Shown here one piece after another: positions 1 through 13,400 of a stretch of 64,000 nucleotides of DNA. Positions within the stretch are counted from its first letter, which is position 1; each line of letters begins with the position of its first letter. The stretch covers positions 9,431,979 through 9,495,978 of the forward strand of contig CAJINV010000003.1 of the NCBI GenBank assembly GCA_905178155.1, given 5' to 3'. The DNA is from Amoebophrya sp. A120. Lineage: Eukaryota > Protista > Dinoflagellata. The notes under the pieces were generated by a model. That model made no database searches, was not told the origin of the DNA, and saw only the letters and a list, made by a program, of their open reading frames with translations. A program made the translations under genes and the position numbers.

Positions 1-3000
1 CGAAGATCGAAGCTCGCTCGCGCCATACGCTGGACTGATTTTGGCCCGCTTTAACAGACGTTTCGACTTTGGCGGGTGCGGAGCCACAGTATTCAACTTC
101 CAAGCGTTACACCAGAGAGCAAGTCAGGCCACTGTCCCTGGAGCAGAGTATCGAGAGCATGATTTTGGGATCTCCGTTCTTGCGTCCTGCGCGTCTGTCT
201 CCGTTTTCTAGTATGGGAACAAGGAATAGAGGCACTGTGGGAACCGCTCTGTGATGCGAACGAGTTTGCAGCCTGTGTGCTATCGTGGACGACTACTGCA
301 GGGTAAACCACAACCAAAACGGACAGGCATTTCGTGTGCCTAGATTGCATACTTAGGTTTTACCTTCTAGATAATACTTTCGTGTCACAGAGCAACCCGA
401 AGCAGTGCCAGCGCCACTACATCTTGATATTGGTTTCGTACAAGCCGAAGCCGAAGAAGCGGCCAGCTACGCTTCCGGACAAGGCGCCGAGCTTCTTACA
501 GGCCAGAGCTGCGCCGCCTTATCCCATTTGCGAATGTGCTCTCACATACACATAGGCTGCGTGGCGTTTTGGATTTTGTGGTCTAGATGCATGAAAGAGT
601 ATACAATAGAGGCGCGCTCACGCAAAGCTGCTGCTTGCATTACAAGTTTAACTGCGGGCATTTTTAGTTTTTCTGTCAAAGAGATGCCCAAATTTGCCCG
701 AATGCCGTGTTTGGTTCTAGTAAGGGTAGCGTTCACATCACGCGCATTTTCTGTCTTTCGCATGCGCATACCGACGTAATAAAACTTTTGTCACTTTCTA
801 GCTCGACATTTCAGGTCGGAACGTTCTCCCGCCCAGCACGGCTGCAAGCCTTGGACCAAGAATTTAGTGAGCGCCCGCGCACTCGGAGGTGGAGGATAAC
901 GAGAGCGTAAGGCATTTATATTTATCAGCTGCGCTTTTCGTTTTTGTTTTTGCTCCTTTTCCTTTTCTCTGTTTCCCTTTCCGCTTCCCGGGCCTCAGTG
1001 GCACCAAGCAGCTTTTCTTGTCTCTCTGAAATCGTTTTTTCTTCGCTTGCTTAGAGGTGGGAACAGCCTTCATGTCTGCCGGGCGGGGCGCTCGTACTCT
1101 CTGACGTCGTTCCCTTTACTTATCCATCATCCCGCGCCCTGCTACTCGTCATATCATCTTCTTCCACCCCGCTCTTGTCGCCGCGGAGGGTTTCGATGGG
1201 TAGTTATGGGTTTAGATGTTTAGGGGTCCTATTGGAATGCCCCGCAGCCACAACGCCCCGCGCGGTCGTCTGTCGTGCCGGCTCCGAAGAGCCGGCGCCT
1301 GGCTCGCGCCCCGACTCTGCCGCCTCTTTGCACGGCTATTGTTCCATTGGTCTCGTGCCGCTGTCGCTTCCAAGGATGATGTGAAGCGTGCGCGAGATAT
1401 AAGTCCAAAGCGCCGGCGTAGCAGTGCGTGGTGGTTTTCTTTACTCGAGGATGAGCTCATGGAGTCGCATTCTGCAACGGATTCATCCCAGTCATTCAAT
1501 GAGTGCGAAGCGTGTCGCTTTTTTTATTGTTTGAGTAGATCACTTACTTTGATTTGTACTAAACATGTGACCGGCGGCCTGTGAAGATTCTATCCAGAGC
1601 CGATTCATCCTGCCGTCCCGACGGCAAAGGTCTGGCACGGCTAGCGAAGATATCGACTCGCGCGAGAAGAAGCGAGCGCGCCAAAACATGTTGAAGCATG
1701 TGCCGCCGCCATGAGCTGCCTGCTCTTTCGAGCGTGCTTCCGGAGGGCGGGGCGTGCTGCCGCTCTTCGCTATCGCGATGTTGCCACGCCCTTGGATTCC
1801 ATTTGCTCCGCCGGGGCTGCGTTCTAAGCCCATCGCAAAGCGTCCCGACGCCGCGCCTGGCAGCAGTGCTGCGGCGTGGTTCGTGGGATGCCGTAAATCA
1901 CCGCGCGCAGGCTGCGCGCTCGGGCTTGTGGTCGGGTTCAGCGAGTGGCGCCGTTGCCACTTTTTTCAACTTGCCCGCGCCGCGGCCTGTGTGGTCGGGG
2001 TTTGCATATTAAGAAAGCATCTGGTTTGAGCGCCCAGCGGAAAGAGCGCCCGAATAAAAGGCGCGCAGGGCAAACAAGGTATCAAAACCGCCCCGCATTT
2101 GGCGGGACGGGGTCCGCAACCGGCTTTCTTGTCCCCGCCGCCTACCGAGCTCCGGGTATGACCAGGCCGGGCCCATGCCATTGGGCATCCTTTGCGGAGA
2201 TGCCTTTGCACAATGCGGCCCCCGACCGCTGGCCGCTCGCGGAGAGGACCCGTGCTTCCTACGGCCGGCACGGCAGCGGTAGGGGGCTGCGGGCCCCCAG
2301 CCTCAGGTCGTAAGGCAACGCATGCGGCCCCCGCACTGCTGCGGCGCCGCAGTGTCGGAGGTTGCTGCCGCATGTTGTGTGGCCGCCCGCTTTTTCGGTG
2401 TTGCCTGGCCGGACTTTGGCATCGAGTCTCTTTCTTTGACGGCTCGTTCTTTGACGCATGGATCGATGCAAGAAAGCGTTTGCGGCTCCTGCACTTCAGC
2501 TACAGCGGCTGTTGTTCTCGACATGTTCTGTTTCTTTTTCCGATGCCTAGAATAGAAATTTTTAATGCACCCCCAGGGGCTCGTCGACCCTTTTGGACGA
2601 GGAGGCGCCGACGCAACAAGCGGAGCATCGGCAGCATAGAATGCCAAAGGGGTAACATGGCGTGTTGTTTTGCTTATTAGTTGATATTTCTATGCGGTTA
2701 CGCGCTGCCCCTGCCCCATTATATTGCGGGAACTGTTCTGCGGCCACGCCGGTGACAGATCGCAAGCGCAATAGTCGCTTGGCAGCCATAGCGCAAGTAC
2801 ATTTTTAGCGCTCGACTTTGAACCTGCTCTGGCGAATGCATAGTCTTTCAGATTTACGCAGCAATGACTTCAACAACTTTCTTCTCAGGATGCACTTTGC
2901 AAATGGCGTTCCGGACGGTGCCACGCTGTTGGAGAGGGCCCGCCGAGCCTATGCTAAGAGGCACGAAGTATGCTGCGCAAATTTCTCTTTGGAATGCAAG

Positions 3001-5217
3001 AAGAAGAACGCGACGCAATCCATTGATTTTTGAGATACAAGTGGGGATAGACATAGACCAAAGCACGCAACTTCTGCATCAGAAATTGAAATCTTCGGCT
3101 CTGCATCACAAATTTTCGGATTCATCTTTCATCTTTCCTGTTTTTCATTTTCTTTGATGCTCGTGCTTTTTCCTTGGAAGTAGACGTGGCAGCGTCTTTT
3201 TATCATGTCTGGACAAACGAAAGCTAATTCGTCCTTTTTGCATTGCTCAATTCATCGGCCAGTGCCAGGATTTCGTTCATAAAAGTGTACTCTGCCTGTA
3301 AAGTTTCACCACAGCGCGGCGGGCTTAGTTTTATTTTCGCGGAAAACTTGACATGGCCGACAGATGGGACCTAGGATAGAACTGGTAGGTGTACGCGTGC
3401 ACGGAGCTGCATGAGCATCAATGGCATAGGTTCTCAATGTCTCGACGCCTCGAGACGGCCAAACGAGAACGCATTCGGGCGGGGTATGCGCATGTAGCTA
3501 TACTTGGGCGGCTGACAAATGACGGCTAGCGAAGCCAGCACGCCTATGCAATAGGACCGGCATACGCATATGCTCTGCGTTTGCTAGTCTAAGACCCAAT
3601 TGGCAGGTAGATCAGGATCGCAAAAAAAAAGTAAAAAGAAAGCCAGCGGCTTGAAGAATCGACTCAAGAAAGACTACGCACTCTGTGCGGCATTTCTGCT
3701 TTGCTGGTTCCCTTGCCCTGAAGCGCGGCGCTTTTCTGACAAAGGCGATCCCGATAGTGCGTGCGTATCTACTTCGCGAAGCGCAAGTGTGGGCTTCTGG
3801 ATTAAAGTTTCTTAAATTTGCAAAGTTAAGTATAAACTCGCCGGCAAATTTTACTGTTGAATAGCCATGCAACAAATTGGCGCGCAAAGTTTGTCCAATT
3901 CGTGAGACGCAGAGCTAGCTGCGCGCTTCTTTTTTCTTCGTTTCTTGTTCAAGAGAACAGCCACGGGCAGTATGTTTCGAGTTTCAAAGAGAAAGCATTG
4001 ACGCGAGAGGCCCTGGGGGTGCAGGACATGAATAAAGACGCAAGCGGGCAACACAAGAAAAGATATGGCATACGGCGCGCGTCAGCCGGCGCTGGAAAGG
4101 CAAAAAACGGAGAAGCGGTCTGGCTGCGGAGGTCCTTGGCCGCGAGCGCATATTGTGCAGGACTCCTGCTAGGCAGCCCGGCTCATTGGGGATCTTGCAT
4201 ACCTTTTATGCCGGTTTTTTTGACACCGCGGGACCACCGTGACAGACCGTAGGCGAAGGGGGGGCTGCAGCCGTGCTGTTTGTCGGAGCTTAGGACTAGG
4301 TTGTATGAGGAGGGCCGCGGCGCTGCAAGAGGTGGAGCGCGGCAGTGGCAGCCCCCATCGGGCGGCTGGTTCCTTGCTGTTAAAATGGGTGGGGCAACGT
4401 CAGCGGGCGCGCGGCAGTGGACGTCTACTGCTGCAGAGAATTTGCTGCACAGGAGTTGCGTGGCAGTGCATGCGAGACTGTCCACCGTCCACCTTGCGCC
4501 CGTGTTAGTCTCGTTCTGCGAGATGTGTCCTCAGTGTTAAGAAAAAACAAAGCGCGAAATTCGTCGCGAAGACACCAGAGAGCCGTAAGGCGTCAACCTT
4601 ACGCAAAGTGGGCGCGCCAAAATACTTGGGCGCGACCTGCGGCGCCAAACTTTTTCACATTTAGCACCCGCGCCGCTGGACCAATGGGACAAGGCAGCAA
4701 TCAGTGCGAGCAATCTAGCCACTGAAGAGAAATTTGCACGGCATACGGAGCGAAGACGGTCCGCAAAATACAATCGATGTACAAACAGGAGAGCGCAGCG
4801 TATGCTCAAACTATCTTGCGCCGGATTTACGTGCGTGCGTGTGTATCGTGTGGCAGAACGTCAGTTCCACGTTGCAGGTTCGCGTTTTTAGTGACCCGAA
4901 AGAAAAGGGCGCAGGGCTTCAGAATAGATACTATAAGCGCCGTAGGCCCTCGCACATGTTTGGCGCACTACCTCGGAGGTCGCCTGCAAATTGATCCCTC
5001 AGATTTTTGAGCAGTTTGCATGGGTTCCCATGCCTAGATGCTCATCACGAAATGTGCGTAACGTGTATGGTTGTTTCACTAACTTAATCGAGCAACCAAA
5101 CCAAATTCCGTGCCTCGTGCCACTTTTACCCGCCGGAGGAGATAGAAGGCTCTTCCGAGGGTAGATTTGGTTGAAGGTGCAAAGCGAGAACGCCACCGGC
5201 TCTCTCGGCTGGCATTC

Positions 5218-8200
5218 CTAGCGCGACAACAGCCCTCGCAGGATCAGGGTACTGGCCCTTCTCGCGCCAGCGCGGTTTCTTTGACTGGGATCTGCCGTGC
5301 TTATCGGAGTGGAGCCGCGTGGTCGCCTTTTATGGCTGCAGAGAGATCGGGAACAGTCGCGGCGCAGGTAGAGGAGGACTCCGATCTGTGACTCGCGGGA
5401 GTTCTGCCAACCTCGGCCCCCGCCCACCGGGATACTAGGAGCGCCCGGGGTATTGCGGGGGGCGCTCGCGTTGCTTGGGGCCGGGAGTCATAAATGGGTG
5501 GCGTACAGATATCATATTGGCACCCCGAGGCCCCAGCGCAGAGCCGCCGGCCCCCATTTTCTGAGACCACATCGACCGCACACGCTGGCGCACCAATGCC
5601 GGTCGCGCTGCGTGCTTATTCAGGGCCCCGGACAGGAGGTCCGAATCAGGCCCGCTGGTGGGCGGCGACCGAGAACGGGGGCGCTAGCCAGGCAGCCTGG
5701 CCCCAGCGCCCCTCTTCGCTCTTGCGCCCTGCCGTTGCTGCGTGCCGCGCGGCTGGCTTGGCGCCCCGCCGTTTTCTTCGCGCGTCGGGGCCTCGTATCT
5801 CTTTCTCGATCGTCGGATGGCCACCGACGCGGGGTGCGCCGCCGGGGAATTCGTTTTGCTTTTGTTTCGTTAAAGCGGCCAGACTCTTGGGCGCGTAGTT
5901 CACGGAGGCCAGCAGCCAAGGCTCCCCCACGATCTCCGAGGCGGCCGAAGCATTCTGTTCTAGGCATGGATGGGGGTGGCGGCGATTCCTTTGCAGCAAC
6001 CCGCCCCCGGCTGCGCCTACTGGCCGGGGTTGAGCGGCGGCCGGCGGCGCGGCTTTCCTTTGCGGCGTCCGTTTCCCGCTGAGCAGCGTGCGAATTATTG
6101 AAAGCACTGCAAAGAAATGGGCCCAAGCCCAATCGCGTGAGCGAATCGCAGCAGTCGGATTTCTTTCTGTCGTTCTTTGCGGGGTTTGGGCACGCAGTCC
6201 CGCAATATCACAAAATACACAGCCCTCTGGCGCAATGGGCTTGCGCTATTTGCGTGCTCGCTTGTGCGCCCAACCATGTTTCGCACGCGGCGGCGCCGGG
6301 CGAAGAATCAAACTGGTCGGCGCCTTCCCATGGGCGCGCCAGGGTCCCACTGCAGCCGCCCGCCCTGATCGCGGTGTGTCCGTGTCATATAGTTCCTCTC
6401 CGTGTAGTCAGAACTTGCACGGCAGCCGACCAGCACGGGGGCTCTGGCCAGCCATTGCGCCGCAGCCAACTTTGTCACCCATGCGTGGGAATTCGGTTCG
6501 TGGCCCTAGCAGTGCGCCCGGCTACAGGCGAAAGCAGGCAGCGCAGCCAGGATAAACGGGGCCCGCGCGAATGGAGCCGGGAGTCTTGCCCGAGAAAAGG
6601 CCCCGCGCGGATTCTCGTGGGATTCAAGAATAGAAATGGCGCGCGCTGTATATTTGTCCGCCAAGCAGCCCACCGAACGGCGCACGCGGAGGGACTTGCT
6701 ATAAGGCGTAGGCCCCGAGGCCCTTTGTTTGGCTTCTCTTTTATGGGCGTCGGTTGTCGGGGCGCTTGGTCCGTGTGATGCAGACACCAGGCACAGCGCC
6801 GCAGCTCAGGCCGGCGCGGGCGTGCTGGTGTTGTGGCGGTGCTTCGGTGAGCGGCATGCGCCGGCCAACTGGCTGGCTTTCTGCCTGGCGTGCCCGCCGC
6901 CTGAAATTGCCGCAGCCGTGTTGCCGCAGTCAATCACGCAAAGAACGAAAGTCCTGGCGCCTTCTAGTATCGCGGCAGGTGGAATTGTGACGCCCGTAGG
7001 CGTGGTGCTGGCGCGAATGTGAAGCGTGTGCGGCTCACTCTTCTCCAATAGCTCAATAGGATCCGCGTTGTCGACAAGAGCCTCGACCATCCGATCTGTT
7101 TTAGATGCGCTACCTCTCATCGTCAGACTCGTCCTGCTGGCATAACGCTTCGCCAGTGCTGAGATCTTTTCAGGTCTACTCCTACTGCTGCGGGAGAAAA
7201 TTGCGCATACTAAAGACTACGTAAGACAGAAGAAGAACGAAAGCAGTTCACAGCGCGTCTTTTTCGTTATCGCAAAAGGAAAAGACCCAGAGGGAAAGAA
7301 ATGTGGAGCATGAGCCGGCGTTTGGCAGTAATTGTAATGAAATGAATGTCAAGACTGTGCCTGCGCCCCAGCCCTGCACGCGTAGCTCGGCGAAACCGTG
7401 GAGGCGTCCCTAAAAACACGCCTGCGGAAGGTGGACGTTTTCCGATGCAATACCGCGAGCACGTGACTCGAGCGCAAAACCCTGCGTCGTGCAGCAGCCA
7501 CGCATTCGGCGACTTTCCCAGGTCCGTTCTGTCGGCTACGTCACGGCATCCGATTGGCGGGCACAGTCTCCTCCAGGCGGGTAGATCGGCGCCCCTGTTC
7601 TCGCGTGAGCGGTTGGGCAAGGCGGACGACTATTTGGTGGACACGAACCTACTTCGCTACGATTTTATCATATACATAATTCAAAACGTGCACGCCACGC
7701 CATGGATAGGCACTGTGCCTCTTGCTTACTCTTACTGCCAGGGCCGGCTAGGCATGGAAGCGTGTCTCTTTTCGTGCAGCGATGGGTTCGCAATCGCATC
7801 GTAAGGGCTTAGCTATGGGACAGACGCGTAGTGGGCATGTTTTGTTATGATAGACTGTTTACCAGCTGAGGATCTTAGTGTTCCGTGGTTTAGCCACAGA
7901 CCCGGTTTGGGGGGGAGCGGCTATTGCTTGTCGCGCAAATAGCGTGAGTGTGCCCGGCAGTGGATTTTTGAAGTGTTTGTCAGGTCTTCCAAGAAGTTCG
8001 CTAATCCCGATGAGTTTCTGCTTTTCTAAATCGTGCGACACAATTGAGGACCAAGTAAATAGAGCCCGAAGCGAATCTCAAGAAACCTGATCGGCTTACT
8101 TATGTTTGCCTTCAATCTATGTCTATCACTTGTTTTTTTAAAACAGGATTTTTTTTCATCGCATAAAGGAAATCTTGTGTCAGTCAGCTTTCTTCCAATT

Positions 8201-10032
8201 TCGATTTCTCTGTTCTACATTGATTTCGCCAGAAAGTTATACGAATGTAAAAACTTCTTGAATTATAGCGCGACGCATAGCAGTCAATGTCATGTTGAAT
8301 TAAGGAACGGGCGCGCGCTTGGCCTTTGGGATCAGTCAGTGGCGTCATTTGTACTTAGATTAGTAATTTCGCATTAAATTTGAAAATTGTGATAATTCTC
8401 ACACTACTTTGTGTGCGCACAAACAGTGCTGGCACATCTCCACAATCAATCTGATACTTCAAAACTCTCTCACCTTTGACGGGCAGATCATGTTAATCGA
8501 TCACTCCCTATTCATTATCATTTCGTTCTCTGCTGCCAGATTTTTTGCTGGCAACGAGCACTCGAAGCGCAAAACGAGGAATAAAATATGAAGTGCTGTA
8601 GTTGTCTGTGCTAAAAAGGCCCGCGCGGATTCGTGTTCGTTAATCTTGGTTCTTCGTGCTGCTCAGGAAAGCACGTGGCGACTAGACTTGTCGAAGTCAA
8701 AACGCTCCCAAGGAGAGTGTGCGCCGGGCTTCAGTCAAATACATGCCGACTTCGTGAAGGTCGGCGGAAGTGCACAAGTCGAGACGTGCAAAGAGTTTGC
8801 GCCCCCCGGTTTCTATTTCTCGTGCTTGTAAGATCGCGAGAATTGCTACGAGAATTGTAGCTATCGATCATCTAGAAACTGAAGTTCCGTAGTGAGACGT
8901 GACCCATGGTATGAGACTCAGGGCGAAGGACGGCATTCTTGTGCCGTCCGGCGCGTGAACTTTCAATATTGGTCTGCACAAGAATTGCCGCCAAAGACAA
9001 ATGCGCTGTCAAAGTACTAAAGTTGAGTATGATATCCGCTGAGGTTGTCAGACCTAAATCGCGAAATACCGCGGAAGCCGGGAGGTTGAATAGTTTTGAG
9101 GACCGAGAACGATAGCGCCCCCTTGCAATTCCTTCGAGTTCCCCTGAGTCAGGGGATCCCCCGCCCGGGCGATTTCCACCATCCCGGGAACCCTCCCCCC
9201 ACAAGGACTTGCTCTTTCCCTCGGGGGTCCTCGCGCTCCCGGGGCTTCCGCCCATCCCCCCGGGGGTCCGCTCCTCCGTCCGGGGATCCGCGCAGGAACC
9301 TGCCTCCTCCCGGGAGTCCGCCCCTGGAGCTATTCGAAAAAGATGCGCAGGTTTGCCGGAGGGAGCGGCCGTCTTAGGCGGCCCGATCTGGAACAGAGCG
9401 TTCCGGATAGGGTTCGGGGATCCTGCCCTCCAGAACCCCCTGCAAAAGCCTCGCCCAACCAAAGCCGGGCACTTCGTGTAGCACGCACGCAAGGTCGAAA
9501 GCTGGAGCCACTGACTACGTGCCGGCGGTCGTCCGGTGTCTCTTTGTGAGTATGATTGTGGGCCGTCGTGGCGCTCCTGTGCGTTGCGCAGATGGACATA
9601 ACGAAAGGAGAAGAAGAAGAACGCGACTCGACTGAAGATCACAGACCCTGTGTCAAAGCAACGCGCCAGCTAAAGCTAGCAGATATTTATTTCTAGAGTA
9701 TAATCGCGGCCCGCCTGGCCTTCAATTGGCGGAAGCAAATGCCCGCAGTTTGGCGAGGCTTTGTGTCTGTTCCAGAGGACAGTGGCGCTTCTGATTTATT
9801 TGAGATAGCAAGCAGCTCCAAATAGACCAATCTCTCTGCGGCAACGCCTGCACCAAGTACGCACTGTCAGCGAAGACTATCCATGGTGCTTCAACCTATC
9901 CCTTCACGTCAGAAGCACAAATAACAAGCGCTGAGGCCATTGATTTGGTGCGCCTCTGTCTTTTTCGACTTAAAAGCCACGAGATCCGGTGGCGCTACGG
10001 TCGTCGGAAGCCGATCCACTGTGTCTACCATG
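5218..10032 (-). CDS. Probable multi-exon gene of unknown function, divergent from the Sec7 gene; exon structure unresolved
   Basis: Minus-strand polypyrimidine/AG acceptors near 7210 and 9578. Open frames at ~6990-7209, 7862-8070, 8872-9093 and 9502-9577. Interrupted by GC-rich segments bounded by inverted repeats. No recognisable domain. Confidence 0.35.
5421..6995. mobile_element. Candidate inverted-repeat-bounded intronic element
   Basis: ccgggatactaggagcgcccggg (from 5427) vs the reverse complement near 6975, ccgcgatactagaaggcgccagg. Possible CGCCC direct repeat at 5421-5425 / 6991-6995. GC-rich interior. Confidence 0.55.
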
Positions 10033-10482
10033 TACACACGTCGCCACCTCCACGGCAACGAGCCATCGTCGACGCTTCTTCATTCACACTGTACACGACC
10101 CGTTTCCGTTATGGCTACAAACGTCAGCGGTAGGTGATTGAGGCCAGGAGGAACTGGCGCTGCCAATCGCCATCGAGTAAGAAGCTCCCGCAGTCGATAG
10201 TTTCGCGATATTGATCATGTCGGCGATCGAGGGCTTTCGAGGATTGACACCTCCACGCGCATCAAGACGTTGACCGCAACAGTTGTGCTTTAACAGTGCG
10301 GGAAGTTTTTGCTGATTCTCATATTCTGAGGTTTATGCTCATGTATTTCGAGTTTGCGGATTTCGAGTTTGCGGAACCGGAAGCGTATATGGCTATGCGC
10401 GGAGGCGAGCGAAAGTGTGAAGCTAGTGGAGCAGACGCAGAGCAGGAGCCGGCTCAGAATACCCAGATGATCCATCTCTAGT

Positions 10483-13400
10483 ATGTCAACGATTCCTGCA
10501 AAAAATACTGAAGAGATCATGACGGCAGATGGCGCGGAGTGCTCTACGGAACGCGAGCACCCTTCTGTAGAAGATATGCCCGTATCAGGGTCGACGAACA
10601 GCTCTCACCGACGGTTTTTATCCGACATCGTGACGAAGACCCTGGCGCACATCCCGAAGAAATATGTAGAGTGTCGAACCGAGTGCCAGCGCTGCCTTGA
10701 GCTACTTGCGGCAAAGACGCGGGACATAAGGGCTGAGAATGCAGTGGTCCAAGCTGACGAATTTTTTTCCATTTGGAAGCGTGGCATCGCAGACGCAGTT
10801 GGCGACGGCAATCAGGTGAAAATGATACAAACCCTGCTTTCAGGCCTTCACAAGATGGCGGAAGCAGGACTGGTTCGCGGCGCAGGACAGGATTACTCGC
10901 AAGAGGCGGAGGCGCCGCGATTGCTCATTGAAACTATCCTGGACACTGTCACTCACGCCACAAAATTTCCAGAGGAAACCGTACAGATGCAAGCAGTATT
11001 GGTCCTGGCTGCCCTTGTCGCTCACCCGCAGAGCGTCGTGCATCTGAGCGCCACACTGGTTATGGCAGTTGTTCGGACAGGCTTTCAAGTACACCAAGAT
11101 GCTCGGCAAGTAGTTGTGCTGAAATCAGTTCATTCGGCGCTGTTGCAAGTTGTAACAGTGATTGGTGACCGAATGGAGGCAGAATGCGAGGCTCTGATTC
11201 GGGGGGATCCTGAGCTCCAAGCGCGACGGGTAATGAACAACGACAAGCGGCCTCACTTGCAAAGTGGCAATAGTACTGAGCACGAACTACAACAAGCTGA
11301 GACGCGCAACAAGGGTGTGCAAAAAGAAGTACGAGTCGACTCCGGGCCGAAAGAAACACGAGAGGAGGCGCTACGTGTGTGGCTGAGCAGCTTTGTGACG
11401 ACCAGCTTGATTGACAAAACAGCTATGGCAGAAAGCCGCATGTTTGAGATTCTAGACGAAACCACGGGCGGGGTTGCTGGCAAATATGGGTGGTGCATCA
11501 TCTGCCGAGAACCAGCGCCGCACTATTGCTTGCAGACTGGGGACCCGGTCTGTTCCAAGGAGTGCAAGCAGAAAAACCTAGCGCGCGCAGATGAGATTCA
11601 CAAGCTATTCCCGCCTCCGTCACCCGGAGGAGGACCTCGACTTGCAAGCCTTCCGACCGACCAGAGACCTGTGTATGAGGAGTGTCAGCGGAGGACGCTA
11701 GAAGAAGGAGAAGAGGAAGAATACACGGGGCTGATAGTGCAGCACAGCAGGCGGATAGAAGAGCTCTCGTATTACCGATGCACCTCAGCGGTGTTTGAAG
11801 AGTTGTGCAAGATGTCCGGGCGAGGACCCACGAGCGCAGGTGTCGTACCGACCACCGAGTCGCCGACTGCATTGGCGGGTACGATAGCTCCACCTTCGGG
11901 TAATGCCACAACTACTCCTTTGAATAGTGCGCTGCACGCAAAAATGTCTAGCAACCGCGCGCCAACAGCGACCGGAGTCGTGGAGAAAGCGGGAGCTGCA
12001 TCAGTTAAGACAGAGGAGTCACCCGAAGCAAAAAGTGAAAGCAGATCTGGAATCAACGCCACGGCGCACGGCGTAGCGGATCAGAAATTTGTGAAGCAAA
12101 GGCGATTGACGCTCGAGCTAGTATCTCAGATGCTGAACAATGGCGGCCACTGCTTTCGCAACACCGAGAAATTTATACACTCGCTGAAAACATGTCTCTG
12201 TCTGGCGCTGATCAAAAACTGTGTCTCCGCGGTTCCGAGAATTTTCTCGCTCTCGTTTTCGATTTGCGTGGCTCTGATCGCTAACTTCCAGAAGTACCTG
12301 AAAGCGGAGGTGGGGATCTTCATGGAAAGCATTTTCTTGCGCATCTTGGAGTCACCCAACAGCACCTTTCAACACAAACAGCGAGTGCTGACTGTGTTCT
12401 ATAAACTCTGCACCGACGCCAAGACTTCAACGGAGCTCTTCCTGAATTACGACTGCGACGTGCTGGCGCAGAACCTGTTTGAGCGCGTCGTTGATGGTCT
12501 CGGGAAAATAGCTCAAGGGAAGTTCGCCGCAGTCGACTACAGCGTTTTGATCACAGTACCCCAGGAACAAGAGCTTCGCGTGTTGGCGCTGGAATCCCTC
12601 GTCGGTTTGATGGCATCGATGGTGGCACGTGCAAAGATTGAAGACGAGGAGGGAACAACGAGTTCTAGCCCTGACGAGGACGAGAGTGGAGCATCCTCAG
12701 GGAGAAGAAATGGGGAGCAGACAGTATGTGGTATGGAGCCGCACAGTGACCATGGTGCAACGCAGAGCATTGTGATGCAGGATATTGAAGTGCACGGAGC
12801 TGCAAGCAGCGACCAGAAGGTGGCAACGAAGATTCATGTGCGTACCGGTGCCGGGCAGCTCGAAAAGGCGGGGCGTTCACGCTCGTTTGACGTCGTCGGG
12901 CAAAAAGCGCGGAAAGGTCAGCTTCGTGACGCGATTCAGAAGTTTAACGCAAAACCCAGAAAAGGAGTCGAGCTGTTTTACAACTTGGGGTTCGTATCAC
13001 AATCACCGGAGTATGAGGCACACGCATTAGTGGAGTTTCTCCGGAGGACAAATGGCATAGACAAAACGGCGATCGGGGATTTCCTCGGTGAGCCAGCTGC
13101 CTTCAACCAGGAGTGCCTGAGTGCCATGGTGAACAAAAACTCATTTTCCAACATTCAGCTAGACAGCGCGCTTCGACTTTTTTTAGCTGACTTTCGGCTT
13201 CCCGGCGAGGCTCAGAAGATCGATCGCATGATGGAAAAATTCGCCGACAAGTACTGCGCCGACAACCCCGCGAACACGGAGTTCGGGGCGAACGCGGACT
13301 GCGCCTATGTCCTTGCCTTCTCCCTTGTAATGCTACAGACGGATCTGCACAACGGCAACATCAAAAATAAAATGACGGCGCAAGACTTTATAAATAATAA

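Noticed and set aside
1-3400. K/R-rich and other short ORFs as a gene or TE ORF
   Set aside because: Stops in all frames, no recognisable motif, and no consistent exon chain could be built.
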